This document shows positions 10,555-19,885 of a stretch of 64,000 bases of DNA, in pieces (the first letter of the stretch is position 1; every line of letters starts with the position of its first letter). The notes under the pieces are model-generated. The model did not search any database and was not told the DNA's origin. It saw only the letters and a program-made list of their open reading frames with translations. The translations under genes were made by a program, and so were the position numbers. Origin of the DNA: Gemmatimonadota bacterium (GTDB taxonomy: Bacteria; Gemmatimonadota; Gemmatimonadetes; Gemmatimonadales; GWC2-71-9); NCBI GenBank assembly GCA_003222195.1, contig QHVB01000033.1, positions 2,808 to 66,807 on the forward strand, read 5' to 3'.

Positions 10555-11162
10555 GTTCACACCCTGAAGGGTGTGCTCGGCGGAACACTGTCCTGAAGCA
10601 CAATGCTGTGCCGAGCCCAGCCTTTAGGCTGGGAATCCTGGTCGGGCTCATCCTCCTGTTTTCTGGAGCCTGCAAGAGCGGAACGCCCGTCACGGCCACC
10701 CAAGCCGTGCTCGACAGTGCCGATCAGGTGCTGCTCGGGATGAGCCATTACGTGACGGAGTCCGGGGTCCTCCGCGCCCGCGTGCGGGCCGATACCGCGT
10801 ACTTCTTCTCGAATGCGCAGCGGGCCGAGCTCCGCAACGTGCACGTGACGTTTTACGATTTGACGGGAAGGGCTACCTCGACGTTGACGTCGAAAGAAGG
10901 GACGCATCACTGGCGGACGGGCGACATGGAAGCGCGCGGCAACGTCATCGTGGTGCGCGACAAAGATGGTGCGACGATGAAGACCGAGGTGATGGCCTAC
11001 AACCAGGCGAAGAACGAAGTGAGCTCCGACAAGAGCTTCGTGTGGGACGAGCCCGGGCGCCACGTCGAGGGTGACGGGTTCACCTCCGATCCAGAATTCA
11101 AGAAAATCACCGCTAAACGTCCGCACGGCACCGGCGGGCAGTTTGTTCTCCCGAGTCAATGA
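10551..11162 (+). CDS. lptC: LPS export system protein LptC (membrane-anchored)
   Basis: ATGA overlap with kdsD and a hydrophobic anchor (LGILVGLILLFSGAC). The beta-jellyroll-like region is placed between kdsD and the lptA-like gene, as in the canonical locus. The first ~28 codons are encoded by a repeat element. Confidence 0.65.
   Translation: MSSHPEGCARRNTVLKHNAVPSPAFRLGILVGLILLFSGACKSGTPVTATQAVLDSADQVLLGMSHYVTESGVLRARVRADTAYFFSNAQRAELRNVHVTFYDLTGRATSTLTSKEGTHHWRTGDMEARGNVIVVRDKDGATMKTEVMAYNQAKNEVSSDKSFVWDEPGRHVEGDGFTSDPEFKKITAKRPHGTGGQFVLPSQ
10555..10639. repeat. Copy 1 of an ~85-bp three-hairpin repeat element (inside the lptC 5' coding region)
   Basis: The first 27 nt (GTTCACACCCTGAAGGGTGTGCTCGGC) are identical to 36239-36265, and overall identity is ~80%. 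Hairpins are CACACCC-TGAA-GGGTGTG, GCTCGGC...GCCGAGC and CCCAGCC-TTTA-GGCTGGG. Confidence 0.85.
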
Positions 11163-12580
11163 ATCCGGTGATTGCCGTGGTCGTGCTGCTGCAAGGTGTC
11201 CCCGCGACCCGGGACACCGTTGCCGGTCGCCCCTGCCGAGTCGCCGTCGATTCGATGGGTCATTACGCCGAAATCCCCAACTCCGATGGCACGAAAACGA
11301 TCCACGGCGGCGGCGGCGTGCTCGCGCATTGCGACGGCACGAACACCACCATCTCCGCGGATAGCTTCGCGCACTATGGCGCGCTTGGCCGCCTCGACCT
11401 GATTGGACGCGTCGTCATTCGTGACACGGCCCTGGCGCTCGACGCGCACTACGCTTCGTACTTTCTCAAGGACGAGCGGCTCGAGGCGCACAACAACGTC
11501 ATCGCCGTAAATCGCCGCACGGGCTCCGTGCTGCGCGGCCCGAATCTCAAATACTGGCGCGCGGTCAAAGGCGTGCGCGACACCGTCGAGATGTACGCCA
11601 CGCAACGCCCCACGGTCGAATACCGCCAGTCGCAACCGGCTGACTCCGGCCCCCAGGAGCCCTACATCATCGTCGCCGACCGGCTGCACCTCAAAGGCGA
11701 CGACCGGATGTGGGCGGGTGGCAAGGTGACCGTCGATCGCAGCGACTTCGCGTCGCGCTCCGATTCGATGCAGCTCGATCAGCTTTCAGGATTCGGCGTG
11801 CTGGTCGGGAAGCCGAGCGTCGAGGGCAGGGGCCGGACGGCCACGGCCGACTCCGGCAAGGGCTACACGTTGGTCGGCACGCGGATCGAGCTGGCGCTGA
11901 CCCAGCGCGAGATCCGCGCCGTCAAAGCCCTCGGCCATGGCAAGGCCACCGGCGCCGACTGGTCGCTCACGGCGGACACGATCGACCTCCGGATCGCCGA
12001 TCGCTCACTGCAACAGACGTTTGCCTGGGGCGACTCGGCACGCCCCCATGCGATCTCGGCGCTGTACACGATTCGGTCCGATTCGCTGGCCATCGATTCG
12101 CCCGGCGAAGTGCTCACGGAATCACGGGCGTTCGGCAAGGCGTTTGCGACCGCCAAACGCGATTCCATCACTCCCGCCAATCAGACCGACTGGGTGACCG
12201 GGGACTCGATTACGATTCGGTTCACGCAGGATGAGGACTCGATCACCAAGCGCAAGCATTCGCGGCTGCGCGAGCTCGTGGCGCGCGGCGCCGCGCGAGC
12301 CCTCACGCATCATTCGGACAAGACCGACACCACGAAGGTGGGGCCCGCGATCAACTACTCGCGCGGGCATGTGATCACGCTCTCCATGCTCCGCGATCGC
12401 ATCGACCGCGTTGTCGTCGTGGGGAGCGCCGACGGCGTGCACCTGGAACCCCGGCCGGCGGTGGAAGCGGACAGCCTGAAGCGCGCGCAAGCGGACACGA
12501 CGCGACGCGCACCGGCATCGCTGCCCGTCTCCCAACCGCCCCCCCCACCCCCTCCACCGTTGTGGACCGCGGTTCCATGA
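11159..12580 (+). CDS. OstA/LptA-like periplasmic LPS transport protein, oversized (473 aa) with a poly-proline C-terminus
   Basis: ATGA overlap with lptC and a position between lptC and lptB. Shows repeated beta-strand-rich segments of OstA-like character. The C-terminus is ...[18 protein letters not shown]. Confidence 0.6.
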   Translation: MNPVIAVVVLLQGVPATRDTVAGRPCRVAVDSMGHYAEIPNSDGTKTIHGGGGVLAHCDGTNTTISADSFAHYGALGRLDLIGRVVIRDTALALDAHYASYFLKDERLEAHNNVIAVNRRTGSVLRGPNLKYWRAVKGVRDTVEMYATQRPTVEYRQSQPADSGPQEPYIIVADRLHLKGDDRMWAGGKVTVDRSDFASRSDSMQLDQLSGFGVLVGKPSVEGRGRTATADSGKGYTLVGTRIELALTQREIRAVKALGHGKATGADWSLTADTIDLRIADRSLQQTFAWGDSARPHAISALYTIRSDSLAIDSPGEVLTESRAFGKAFATAKRDSITPANQTDWVTGDSITIRFTQDEDSITKRKHSRLRELVARGAARALTHHSDKTDTTKVGPAINYSRGHVITLSMLRDRIDRVVVVGSADGVHLEPRPAVEADSLKRAQADTTRRAPASLPVSQPPPPPPPPLWTAVP

Positions 12581-13764
12581 CGGGGCTCGACCGCTTCTCC
12601 GATCTGTTTGCGACGCGCGACTCCTCGCTCGCGCTGGCGGTGGCGGCGCTGGCGCGCATCGCCGACGAGCAGGGGCACGCCTCGTTCAGCGATCTCGCCG
12701 TGGCCTATCGCGAGGAGTTCTTCAAGTTCCGCGCCCATGCCAAGGGCGAGGTCCAGGACACCGGTAGCCTCTCGGTGGACGACGCGCGCGCGTATCTGGC
12801 AACGTCGGTGTTGCCACGCCTGGCGATGCTCAAAGTGCTGGTCCTGCCTATCGGCGCGCTGTGGGGGGATTCGCCGGTCGCGTTTGCTCCTGATGTCCGG
12901 ACGAGCCTGCCCCCCGACCGCGTGGCGGCCGAGCAGCATTTCCTCATGCTCGCCGAGGAAACCGTGGTGCGCAGCGAATCGGTCAGCGCGGAGCATCCCG
13001 TCGTAGGCGGCGGCAGTCGTCTCGAAGCGCGGCATCTCGTGAAGGCATACAAGGGCCGGCGCGTCGTGGACAACGTGTCGCTCGAGCTCGCCCAGGGCGA
13101 AATCGTCGGATTGCTGGGCCCCAACGGGGCAGGGAAGACCACGTCGTTCTACATGATTACCGGACTGATCCGCCCTGACGAAGGCCAGATTGTGCTCGAC
13201 GGTCGCGAGTTCACGGCGCTCCCGATGTACCAGCGGGCCCGGTCGGGGATCGGCTACCTGGCGCAAGAGCCTTCGATTTTCCGCAAGTTGACCGTCGAAG
13301 AAAACGTACTCGCGATCCTCGAGACCTTGAACGTCGACGGCGAGGAACGCGCGCGGCGCCTCGAGTCGCTGCTCGATGAGCTGGCCATCAAGCACCTGCG
13401 CAAGCAGAAAGCCTACCAGCTGTCCGGCGGCGAGCGGCGTCGGCTCGAGATCACGCGCGCGCTGGTGACGGAGCCGAAGTTTCTGTTGCTCGACGAGCCG
13501 TTTGCCGGCGTAGACCCCATCGCGGTCAATGACATTCAAACCATTGTCGCCGGGCTGCGCCACCGCGGCATCGGCGTGCTCATCACCGACCACAACGTCG
13601 AGCAGACGCTCGATATCGTGGACCGCGCCTATATCATGTTCGAAGGGCGAGTCCAGGTCGCGGGCACGGTGCGGCAGCTCGTCTTCGACGACCGCGTCGC
13701 CTCGCTGTACCTCGGCCCCACGCTCACCACGCGTCTACGGGCGCGGCTGTCGTCCGCGGCATGA
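12577..13764 (+). CDS. lptB: LPS export ABC transporter ATP-binding protein LptB with a ~130-aa N-terminal extension
   Basis: ATG 12577 lies in an ATGA overlap with the upstream stop. The C-terminal 250 aa carry Walker A (GPNGAGKTT), the signature [11 protein letters not shown] and Walker B (LLLDEPF). The N-terminal region is in the same frame with no stop and high GC3. Confidence 0.88.
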   Translation: MTGLDRFSDLFATRDSSLALAVAALARIADEQGHASFSDLAVAYREEFFKFRAHAKGEVQDTGSLSVDDARAYLATSVLPRLAMLKVLVLPIGALWGDSPVAFAPDVRTSLPPDRVAAEQHFLMLAEETVVRSESVSAEHPVVGGGSRLEARHLVKAYKGRRVVDNVSLELAQGEIVGLLGPNGAGKTTSFYMITGLIRPDEGQIVLDGREFTALPMYQRARSGIGYLAQEPSIFRKLTVEENVLAILETLNVDGEERARRLESLLDELAIKHLRKQKAYQLSGGERRRLEITRALVTEPKFLLLDEPFAGVDPIAVNDIQTIVAGLRHRGIGVLITDHNVEQTLDIVDRAYIMFEGRVQVAGTVRQLVFDDRVASLYLGPTLTTRLRARLSSAA

Positions 13765-15224
13765 AGACCGGCCTGCATCAGCACGTCGGCATGCGCCAGG
13801 ATTTGCGCATCAATCCGCGCCTGTACCAGGCGATGGATCTCCTGTACATGCCGCTGCTCGACCTCGAGCAGCATCTCAAACAGGAGCTGCTCGGCAACCC
13901 GTTCCTCGAGATGATCGAGCCGGAGGAAGAGGTTCAGGCGACGGCCGCCGAGCAGCAGCAAAACAAGCCCGAGAAGGAGGCCAAGGCCGAGGACGAGCCC
14001 GACTGGGAAAGCATCCTGCTCGAGGACCGCACCGAGCACGGTGTGCCGAGCGGCAGCTACAGCGATGCTCGCGAATACGTGGAGCCAGTCACGGTCGAGG
14101 GCAAGGACCTGATCGACTATCTGCGCGACCAGACGCGGATGCTCGACCTCAACCCGCGCCAACAGCTCCTCGCCGAGGAATTCCTCGGCAACATCGGGGA
14201 AGATGGCTATCTGCAGCACAGCCTCGAAGAGATCCTCAAGGGCGCGAACCAGCTGCTCGAAGAGCACGAGGCCGAGTCGGAGCTCGACCTGAATGTGCCG
14301 GCGTTCACGATCGCGGAAGTCGAAGCAATGCTGCACGTCATCCAGCAGCTCGATCCCCCGGGCATCGGCGCCCGCAACCTGCGCGAATGCCTGGTGCTGC
14401 AGCTCGAGAACCAGAAGCGCACCGACACGCTGGTCTACCGGCTCGTCAAGGAAGCCTTCGACGACCTGATCGCCCACCGCTGGAGCGATCTGGGCAAGCG
14501 TTTCGGGCTGGCGCCGGAGGAGGTACAGCGCGCCGCCGACGAGCTGGCGCGCCTCGATCCCAAGCCCGGCCTGCAGTATTCCGCCGCGAACGATGCCTAC
14601 ATCATTCCGGATCTCATCGTCGAGAAGATCGACGACAAGTACCACGTGTTTTTGAACGACAGCGGCCTGCCGCGGCTGCGGATTTCCAAGACCTACCAGG
14701 AAATCGCGCGCGATAAAAAGAAATACGACGGCGAGAGCAAGGAGTTCATCAACCAGCGCCTGAACAGCGCGCACTGGATGATCCAAGCCATCGAGCAGCG
14801 CCGCCAGACGATGCTGAAGGTCATGAACTTCATCGTGGACCGGCAGCGCGAATTCTTCGAGAAGGGCATCGACTATCTCAAGCCTCTCACGCTGCGCGAA
14901 GTCGCCGACGTCATCAGCATGCACGAGAGCACGGTGAGCCGCGTGACCAACGAAAAGTACGTCCAGACCCCACGCGGCCTGTTGCCCCTCAAGTTCTTCT
15001 TCTCGAGCGGCCTGAGTACCACGACGGGCGAGGACGCCAGCGCGCGGTCCATCAAGTCGCAGATCCAGAAGATGGTCGACGACGAGCCACCCAAGAATCC
15101 GCTCACCGATCAGCAAATCGTCGAGCTCTTCGATCGCAAAGGCGTCAAGATCGCCCGTCGCACCGTCGCCAAATACCGCGACCAGCTGGGCATTCTGCCC
15201 GCGCGCATGCGCAAGCGCCTATGA
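13761..15224 (+). CDS. rpoN: RNA polymerase sigma-54 factor
   Basis: 487 aa. The N-terminal region I ([25 protein letters not shown]) and the C-terminal RpoN box (ARRTVAKYR) are present. Conserved position after lptB. Confidence 0.95.
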   Translation: MKTGLHQHVGMRQDLRINPRLYQAMDLLYMPLLDLEQHLKQELLGNPFLEMIEPEEEVQATAAEQQQNKPEKEAKAEDEPDWESILLEDRTEHGVPSGSYSDAREYVEPVTVEGKDLIDYLRDQTRMLDLNPRQQLLAEEFLGNIGEDGYLQHSLEEILKGANQLLEEHEAESELDLNVPAFTIAEVEAMLHVIQQLDPPGIGARNLRECLVLQLENQKRTDTLVYRLVKEAFDDLIAHRWSDLGKRFGLAPEEVQRAADELARLDPKPGLQYSAANDAYIIPDLIVEKIDDKYHVFLNDSGLPRLRISKTYQEIARDKKKYDGESKEFINQRLNSAHWMIQAIEQRRQTMLKVMNFIVDRQREFFEKGIDYLKPLTLREVADVISMHESTVSRVTNEKYVQTPRGLLPLKFFFSSGLSTTTGEDASARSIKSQIQKMVDDEPPKNPLTDQQIVELFDRKGVKIARRTVAKYRDQLGILPARMRKRL

Positions 15225-16171
15225 GCCTCGCCACCAACTCCACACTCCCCGACGTCAGCGTCCTGGTTCCCGCCAAGGACGAGGCCGAGAATCTCGCCGA
15301 GTTCGTGCGCCTCACGCGCGAAGCGCTGCTGCCGCTGCCGTACGCCTGCGAGCTGGTGATCGTGAACGACGGCAGCCACGACGGGACGCCGCGCATGCTC
15401 GAGGAGCTGAGCGCGAAGCATCCGTTCGTGCGTGTCGTCACGCATCGCGCGCAGCGCGGCATCGCCGATGCCCTGAAATCCGGGGCGGATGTCGCCCGCG
15501 GACGGGTCCTCGTCTACTATCCAGCCGATCTGCAGTACCTCCCGTCCGACATCCCGGCCCTCGTCGGCCCGATCCTGGACGGGCAGGCCGACGTCGTGAC
15601 CGGCATCAAGCAGGGGGGCTACAACAAGCGCTTTGTGTCGGGCATTTACAATGCGCTCTCGCGCTGGCTCTTCGGCGTTCGGGTCAAGGATCTGAACTCG
15701 GTGAAGGCCTATCGGCGCGAGATCATGGATGCCGTGCCGATGCGCCCCGATTGGCACCGCTTCATGGTGGTGATCGCGGCCTCGCAGGGATTTCGTCTGG
15801 CGGAGCGGCCGATCCCCGTCCATCCCCGGCGGGCGGGCGCCTCGAAGTTCGGGATCGGGCGTATTCCGGTCGGAGTCCTGGACCTGATGTCCGTCTGGTT
15901 CCAGCTCCGCTTCGGCCGCAAACCCATGCTGTTCTTCGGGATCATCGGCGCGATGCTGTTTCTGCTCGGCTTGCTGGTGGGTGGCGTCGCCCTCTATCTG
16001 CGATTCGGCCCGCCGCATGTCGGATTTCGGCCCCTCCTCGACCTCATCATGGTGCTGGTGATCTCCGGTGTTGTCCTGTTCGGCTTTGGCTTCGTGGGAG
16101 AGATGCTGGCGGGGATGCGTGAAGAGCTGCGTTCGCTCGAGCGGGAGGTGCAGCGCAAGGTCGATAAGTAG
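15221..16171 (+). CDS. GT2 polyprenyl-phosphate glycosyltransferase, GtrB/CsbB-like (two C-terminal TM helices)
   Basis: Features are VLVPAKDEAENL, VIVNDGSHDGT, a DLQY motif, and two C-terminal hydrophobic helices. ATGA overlap with rpoN. Confidence 0.85.
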   Translation: MSLATNSTLPDVSVLVPAKDEAENLAEFVRLTREALLPLPYACELVIVNDGSHDGTPRMLEELSAKHPFVRVVTHRAQRGIADALKSGADVARGRVLVYYPADLQYLPSDIPALVGPILDGQADVVTGIKQGGYNKRFVSGIYNALSRWLFGVRVKDLNSVKAYRREIMDAVPMRPDWHRFMVVIAASQGFRLAERPIPVHPRRAGASKFGIGRIPVGVLDLMSVWFQLRFGRKPMLFFGIIGAMLFLLGLLVGGVALYLRFGPPHVGFRPLLDLIMVLVISGVVLFGFGFVGEMLAGMREELRSLEREVQRKVDK

Positions 16172-16220
16172 CCTGCCGGTCGTGGAGCAGATTGGAACAT
16201 CGAAGGTATTAATTCCTCAC

Positions 16221-17621
16221 ATGCCCCCACTGCAGCTGACGAATCTGCTCCATAAGACGCTCCCGCACCTGTCCGTGAACGGGCGCGCGCTGTTGAGTGC
16301 GCTCGGATGCGTCAACGGCAGACCCACGTCGATATCGGAGCTCGCGGAATGGCTCGGGTTTCATGATCGGTATCAGCTCGCTCGCGCGTTGAAGCGCGAA
16401 GGATTGCCGCCCATGCAGACCCTGGGCGGCTGGACGCGGACGCTGTACTGGATCATCGAATCCCAAACCTCCGGCGCCACGCTCCGAGAGCTGGCGCGAC
16501 GCGAGCGGCTCGATCCTGCAGTGGCATACCGGCTCGTCCGCCGGATCACTGGGCGGCGGTGGTCCGAAATCCGACACGCAGGTCTGCAAGAGACACTGCT
16601 CAGCTTTCGCGAGCACTGCCGCCGCTGCGCCGGCGCGGCGCGGATCCGGCACGCCCCGTCCCCCGTGCGACCGGGCTCCGCACACGCTCCGAAGACGCGC
16701 GGTACGCCCCCGAAACTCGAGATCGACCGATCACGCCCCCTTGCTCCCGTCCGCTTGCGCGGAATCCTGGCTGACCGCGTGGCCATCTCGGGAGCCCCGT
16801 TCGACGTCGCCCTCGCGCTATCCAACGTAGCCCTTGTCACGCGTGGTCACGCGGCGGCGGTGGATGTGGTGGCGCTCGACCGCCCGCGTGTCACGCGGAC
16901 GATTTCCGTCGGGCCAGTGCCCACGCGAGTCGTGGCGAGCCCGCAAGGCGACTGGGCCTACGTGACCAGTCAGTTCTCCGAAGCGATCGACATCATCGAC
17001 ATCCAATGGGGGCAACAGATCGCCGCCATCCACGTCGGCGGGCACCCGCTGGGCGCCGTGTTGTCGAATGACGGCAAGACGTTGTACGCGTCGACCAATC
17101 GCGATCGCATCGTCGCCCTGTCGCTGTCGCGGCAAACCATCGTCGCCGAGATCCCGATCCCGCACGGCAGCCCGCAGCTGTGCCGGCACCCGTCGGGGCG
17201 TCGTTTATACGCGTCGGGATGGCGCAGCGGCGTCGTCGCGGAGATTGAAGTCCCGGCGCTGCGGCTGCTGCGAACCTTCGATCTCGGCGGCGTCGTCCAG
17301 GAAGTCACCGTGACTGCGGACGGACAGAGCCTGTATGCCGCCAACGAGGCAGGCTGGCTTGATGTCGTGCACCTGCCGACCGGCAAGCGCAGCGCGACGC
17401 TCAAACTCGGCACCGCGGCTCTGGGTCTGGCGCTGAGTGCCGACGACCGGGACGTGATCGTCGGGCTCCTGCACGCCGGGAAGGTTCTCATCATCGATCG
17501 CCACACGCTGGAACTGCGGACCACCCTGGACACCGGCGGCATGCCCCGCCTCATCGCCGCGCACGGCAACGGGCCGGTCCTCGTCGCGAACGAGGCAGGC
17601 TGGGTGGACTGGATCCACTAG
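16221..17621 (+). CDS. N-terminal AraC-type dual HTH fused to a YncE/YVTN-like beta-propeller
   Basis: HTH-like segments are SISELAEWLGFHDRYQLARALKREG and TLRELARRERLDPAVAYRLVRRITG. Repeated ...DG..LY.. blades follow, and the protein ends NEAGWVDWIH. The start is uncertain (ATG 16221 or GTG 16182). Confidence 0.6.
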   Translation: MPPLQLTNLLHKTLPHLSVNGRALLSALGCVNGRPTSISELAEWLGFHDRYQLARALKREGLPPMQTLGGWTRTLYWIIESQTSGATLRELARRERLDPAVAYRLVRRITGRRWSEIRHAGLQETLLSFREHCRRCAGAARIRHAPSPVRPGSAHAPKTRGTPPKLEIDRSRPLAPVRLRGILADRVAISGAPFDVALALSNVALVTRGHAAAVDVVALDRPRVTRTISVGPVPTRVVASPQGDWAYVTSQFSEAIDIIDIQWGQQIAAIHVGGHPLGAVLSNDGKTLYASTNRDRIVALSLSRQTIVAEIPIPHGSPQLCRHPSGRRLYASGWRSGVVAEIEVPALRLLRTFDLGGVVQEVTVTADGQSLYAANEAGWLDVVHLPTGKRSATLKLGTAALGLALSADDRDVIVGLLHAGKVLIIDRHTLELRTTLDTGGMPRLIAAHGNGPVLVANEAGWVDWIH

Positions 17622-17624
17622 CTA

Positions 17625-19106
17625 GTGCTGCGGTGTATGACTTCCCCGATGCGATCAACCTCTCTTCTGCACACCGCTTTGGTGTCGAGTGTTCTCGCGG
17701 CGCTCGGTTGCAGCGGATCGTCGGGACCCGGTGCAACGCTCGTCGTCACTCCCGATTCGATCTTGCTCAACCGCAATTCCACTTCGCAGCTCAGCGTGAC
17801 GGCCCTGGACGCCGCCGGCCACCACATCACCGGTGTCGCGGTCGAGTTCAACTCGGACGACACGTTGATCGTGACGGTCACGAATCTTGGTTTGGTTCAG
17901 TCGCACGACAGCGTGGGAAACACAACGATCCGGGTACGTGGTGCTGGCGCATTTCGGGACGTGCCGGTGCGAGTCATCCCGACCCCGGCGTCGGTCGCCA
18001 TCTCACCAGCCGATACGACCATCTTCCAGTATGACACCGCGCGATTCCGGGCGGTGGTCCTGGCGATCACTGGCGACACGATTCGCAGCCTGCCGATCAC
18101 GTGGAGCTCGACCGACACGACCATCGCCACCGTGACCACCTCGGGATTGGCACGCTCGGCCGGTCGGGCGAGCACGACATTCATTCAGGCCCGTTATCAG
18201 GGATTGTCGAATCAGGCGCGACTCATCGTCCGTGACACCGTGATTCTTGGCAATCGTGTCACGCTCAGCGGGCAACCCTATGGCGCCGCCATCTCCTCCA
18301 CCGGGGTCGCGTACGTGACGCTCGGGTCGGCCGCCCAACTAGCGCGTACCAACTTGCCGTCCCAGGCCTTCGCTCCGGCGGTTGCCGTCGGCTCGGTGCC
18401 GACGGCGGTCGCATTCAACTCCGGCGGAACGATCGCGTACGTCACCAACCAGCTGAGTCAGAACCTTGGCGTCGTGGACGTGGCAACGAATACGCAAACC
18501 GATGTCATCCCGGTCAACGGCGATCCATTTGTCGTCATCGTCCAGCCGGGCGACTCGATCATCTATGTGTCGACAAACGTCAACCGGGTCTACGGCATTC
18601 GAGTGGCGACGAAAGCACTCGTCGATTCGTTCCCGACGCCCGCCATCGGCAACGGGATGTTGATCAAAGACACGCTGCTCTATGTCAGTACGCACTCGGG
18701 CGGTACGGTGATCGAGTTCAACCTGAAGACCCGCACCGTCGCGCGTACGTTTACGGTTGGCGGAACGCCGCAAAAAATGGCGATCTCGACCGATGGAAAC
18801 ATCCTCTACATCGCGAATGAGGCAGGGTATGTGCAGTTCTGGAATCGCATCACGGGACTCCAGATCGGCAGCCCGACACTGCTTACCGGATCGGCGGGAT
18901 ACGGCATCGCGCTGCGGCCCACGACCGGAAAACTCTACGTGACCACGGCGTACTTCGGTGGCGGCGGGATCTACGTCATCGACCCGACTACGCACGCCAT
19001 CATCAACAGCGTGATCACGGGCGGATCGACTCGAGAGGTTGTCTTCGCTGCCAACGGCATCGGGTTCGTGCCAAACGAATCCGGCTGGGTGGATTTCATC
19101 AAGTAG
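17625..19106 (+). CDS. Secreted/lipoprotein with two Big_2 Ig-like domains fused to a YncE/YVTN-like beta-propeller
   Basis: Signal sequence MRSTSLLHTALVSSVLAALGC. There are two ~80-aa Big_2-like repeats (LSVTALDAAG..., FRAVVLAITGD...TWSSTDTTIATV). The propeller is paralogous to the upstream gene and ends NESGWVDFIK. Alternative starts lie at 17637 and 17649. Confidence 0.65.
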   Translation: MLRCMTSPMRSTSLLHTALVSSVLAALGCSGSSGPGATLVVTPDSILLNRNSTSQLSVTALDAAGHHITGVAVEFNSDDTLIVTVTNLGLVQSHDSVGNTTIRVRGAGAFRDVPVRVIPTPASVAISPADTTIFQYDTARFRAVVLAITGDTIRSLPITWSSTDTTIATVTTSGLARSAGRASTTFIQARYQGLSNQARLIVRDTVILGNRVTLSGQPYGAAISSTGVAYVTLGSAAQLARTNLPSQAFAPAVAVGSVPTAVAFNSGGTIAYVTNQLSQNLGVVDVATNTQTDVIPVNGDPFVVIVQPGDSIIYVSTNVNRVYGIRVATKALVDSFPTPAIGNGMLIKDTLLYVSTHSGGTVIEFNLKTRTVARTFTVGGTPQKMAISTDGNILYIANEAGYVQFWNRITGLQIGSPTLLTGSAGYGIALRPTTGKLYVTTAYFGGGGIYVIDPTTHAIINSVITGGSTREVVFAANGIGFVPNESGWVDFIK

Positions 19107-19156
19107 CCCGCATCGCCCGGAGTCGGGACTGGCCCCCCGTATTATTCTTCCAGCCA

Positions 19157-19885
19157 ATGCCCAACCCGACCGCCGACACCGTCAAGAAGTGGTACAACCA
19201 GCACTACGCCGCCAAGGGACTGCAGACGATGCGCCCCGCTGCGGCGTATCCCGTCTTTCTGGATCTTCTGGGCGCATCGGCCGGGAGCCGGCTGCTCGAT
19301 GTCAGTTGCGGCGCTGGCTCACTGCTGGCGGCGGCACACGCACGTGGAGTGGAGTCGGTAGGCGTTGATCTCTCCGACGAGGCAGTCCGACTCGCGAAGC
19401 GGGTCGCGCCCACGGCGGAGGTCGCGGTCGGGGCAGGGGAGGCACTCGCCTTCCCGACTGGGACATTCGACTACGTAACTTGCCTGGGCTCGCTCGAACA
19501 CTTCCTGGACATGGGACGCGGACTGGAAGAGATGAAACGCGTCGCCAAGCCCGACGCGCGCTTCTGTATCATGGTGCCCAACGAAGACTTCATCGGCTGG
19601 AAAATGCTGGGCCATCAGGGCACCGCCCAGCAGGACATCAACGAGCATCTGCTGCCGCTCGCCGCGTGGCGCATTCTGTTCGAGCGCCATGGCTTTGCGG
19701 TCCTGCGCGTCGTCCCGGATCGCTGGCACGCGGTGCGCTGGCGCGCGACTCGCGCCGGCAGCCCACTCCGTTTCGTGACCGGACCCGTGCTCGAAGCCGC
19801 CTGGCGTCTGATCCCGCTGCGCTGGCAGTATCAGTTTGTGTTCATCTTAGGCCTCGCGCGCCAGTCGCACGCCGTACCGACCTAG
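19157..19885 (+). CDS. Class I SAM-dependent methyltransferase
   Basis: Motif I is LLDVSCGAGSL, with post-I DLS. Typical Methyltransf_11 layout. Confidence 0.8.
   Translation: MPNPTADTVKKWYNQHYAAKGLQTMRPAAAYPVFLDLLGASAGSRLLDVSCGAGSLLAAAHARGVESVGVDLSDEAVRLAKRVAPTAEVAVGAGEALAFPTGTFDYVTCLGSLEHFLDMGRGLEEMKRVAKPDARFCIMVPNEDFIGWKMLGHQGTAQQDINEHLLPLAAWRILFERHGFAVLRVVPDRWHAVRWRATRAGSPLRFVTGPVLEAAWRLIPLRWQYQFVFILGLARQSHAVPT

Noticed and set aside
19720-19745. TGGCAC strings (also near 8421, 18148, 22119, 24424, 26307 and 59348) were checked as sigma-54 -24 elements because rpoN is in the window.
   Set aside because: All are inside coding regions. None has a TTGC(A/T) -12 element at the required 5-nt spacing (for example TGGCACgcggtGCGC).
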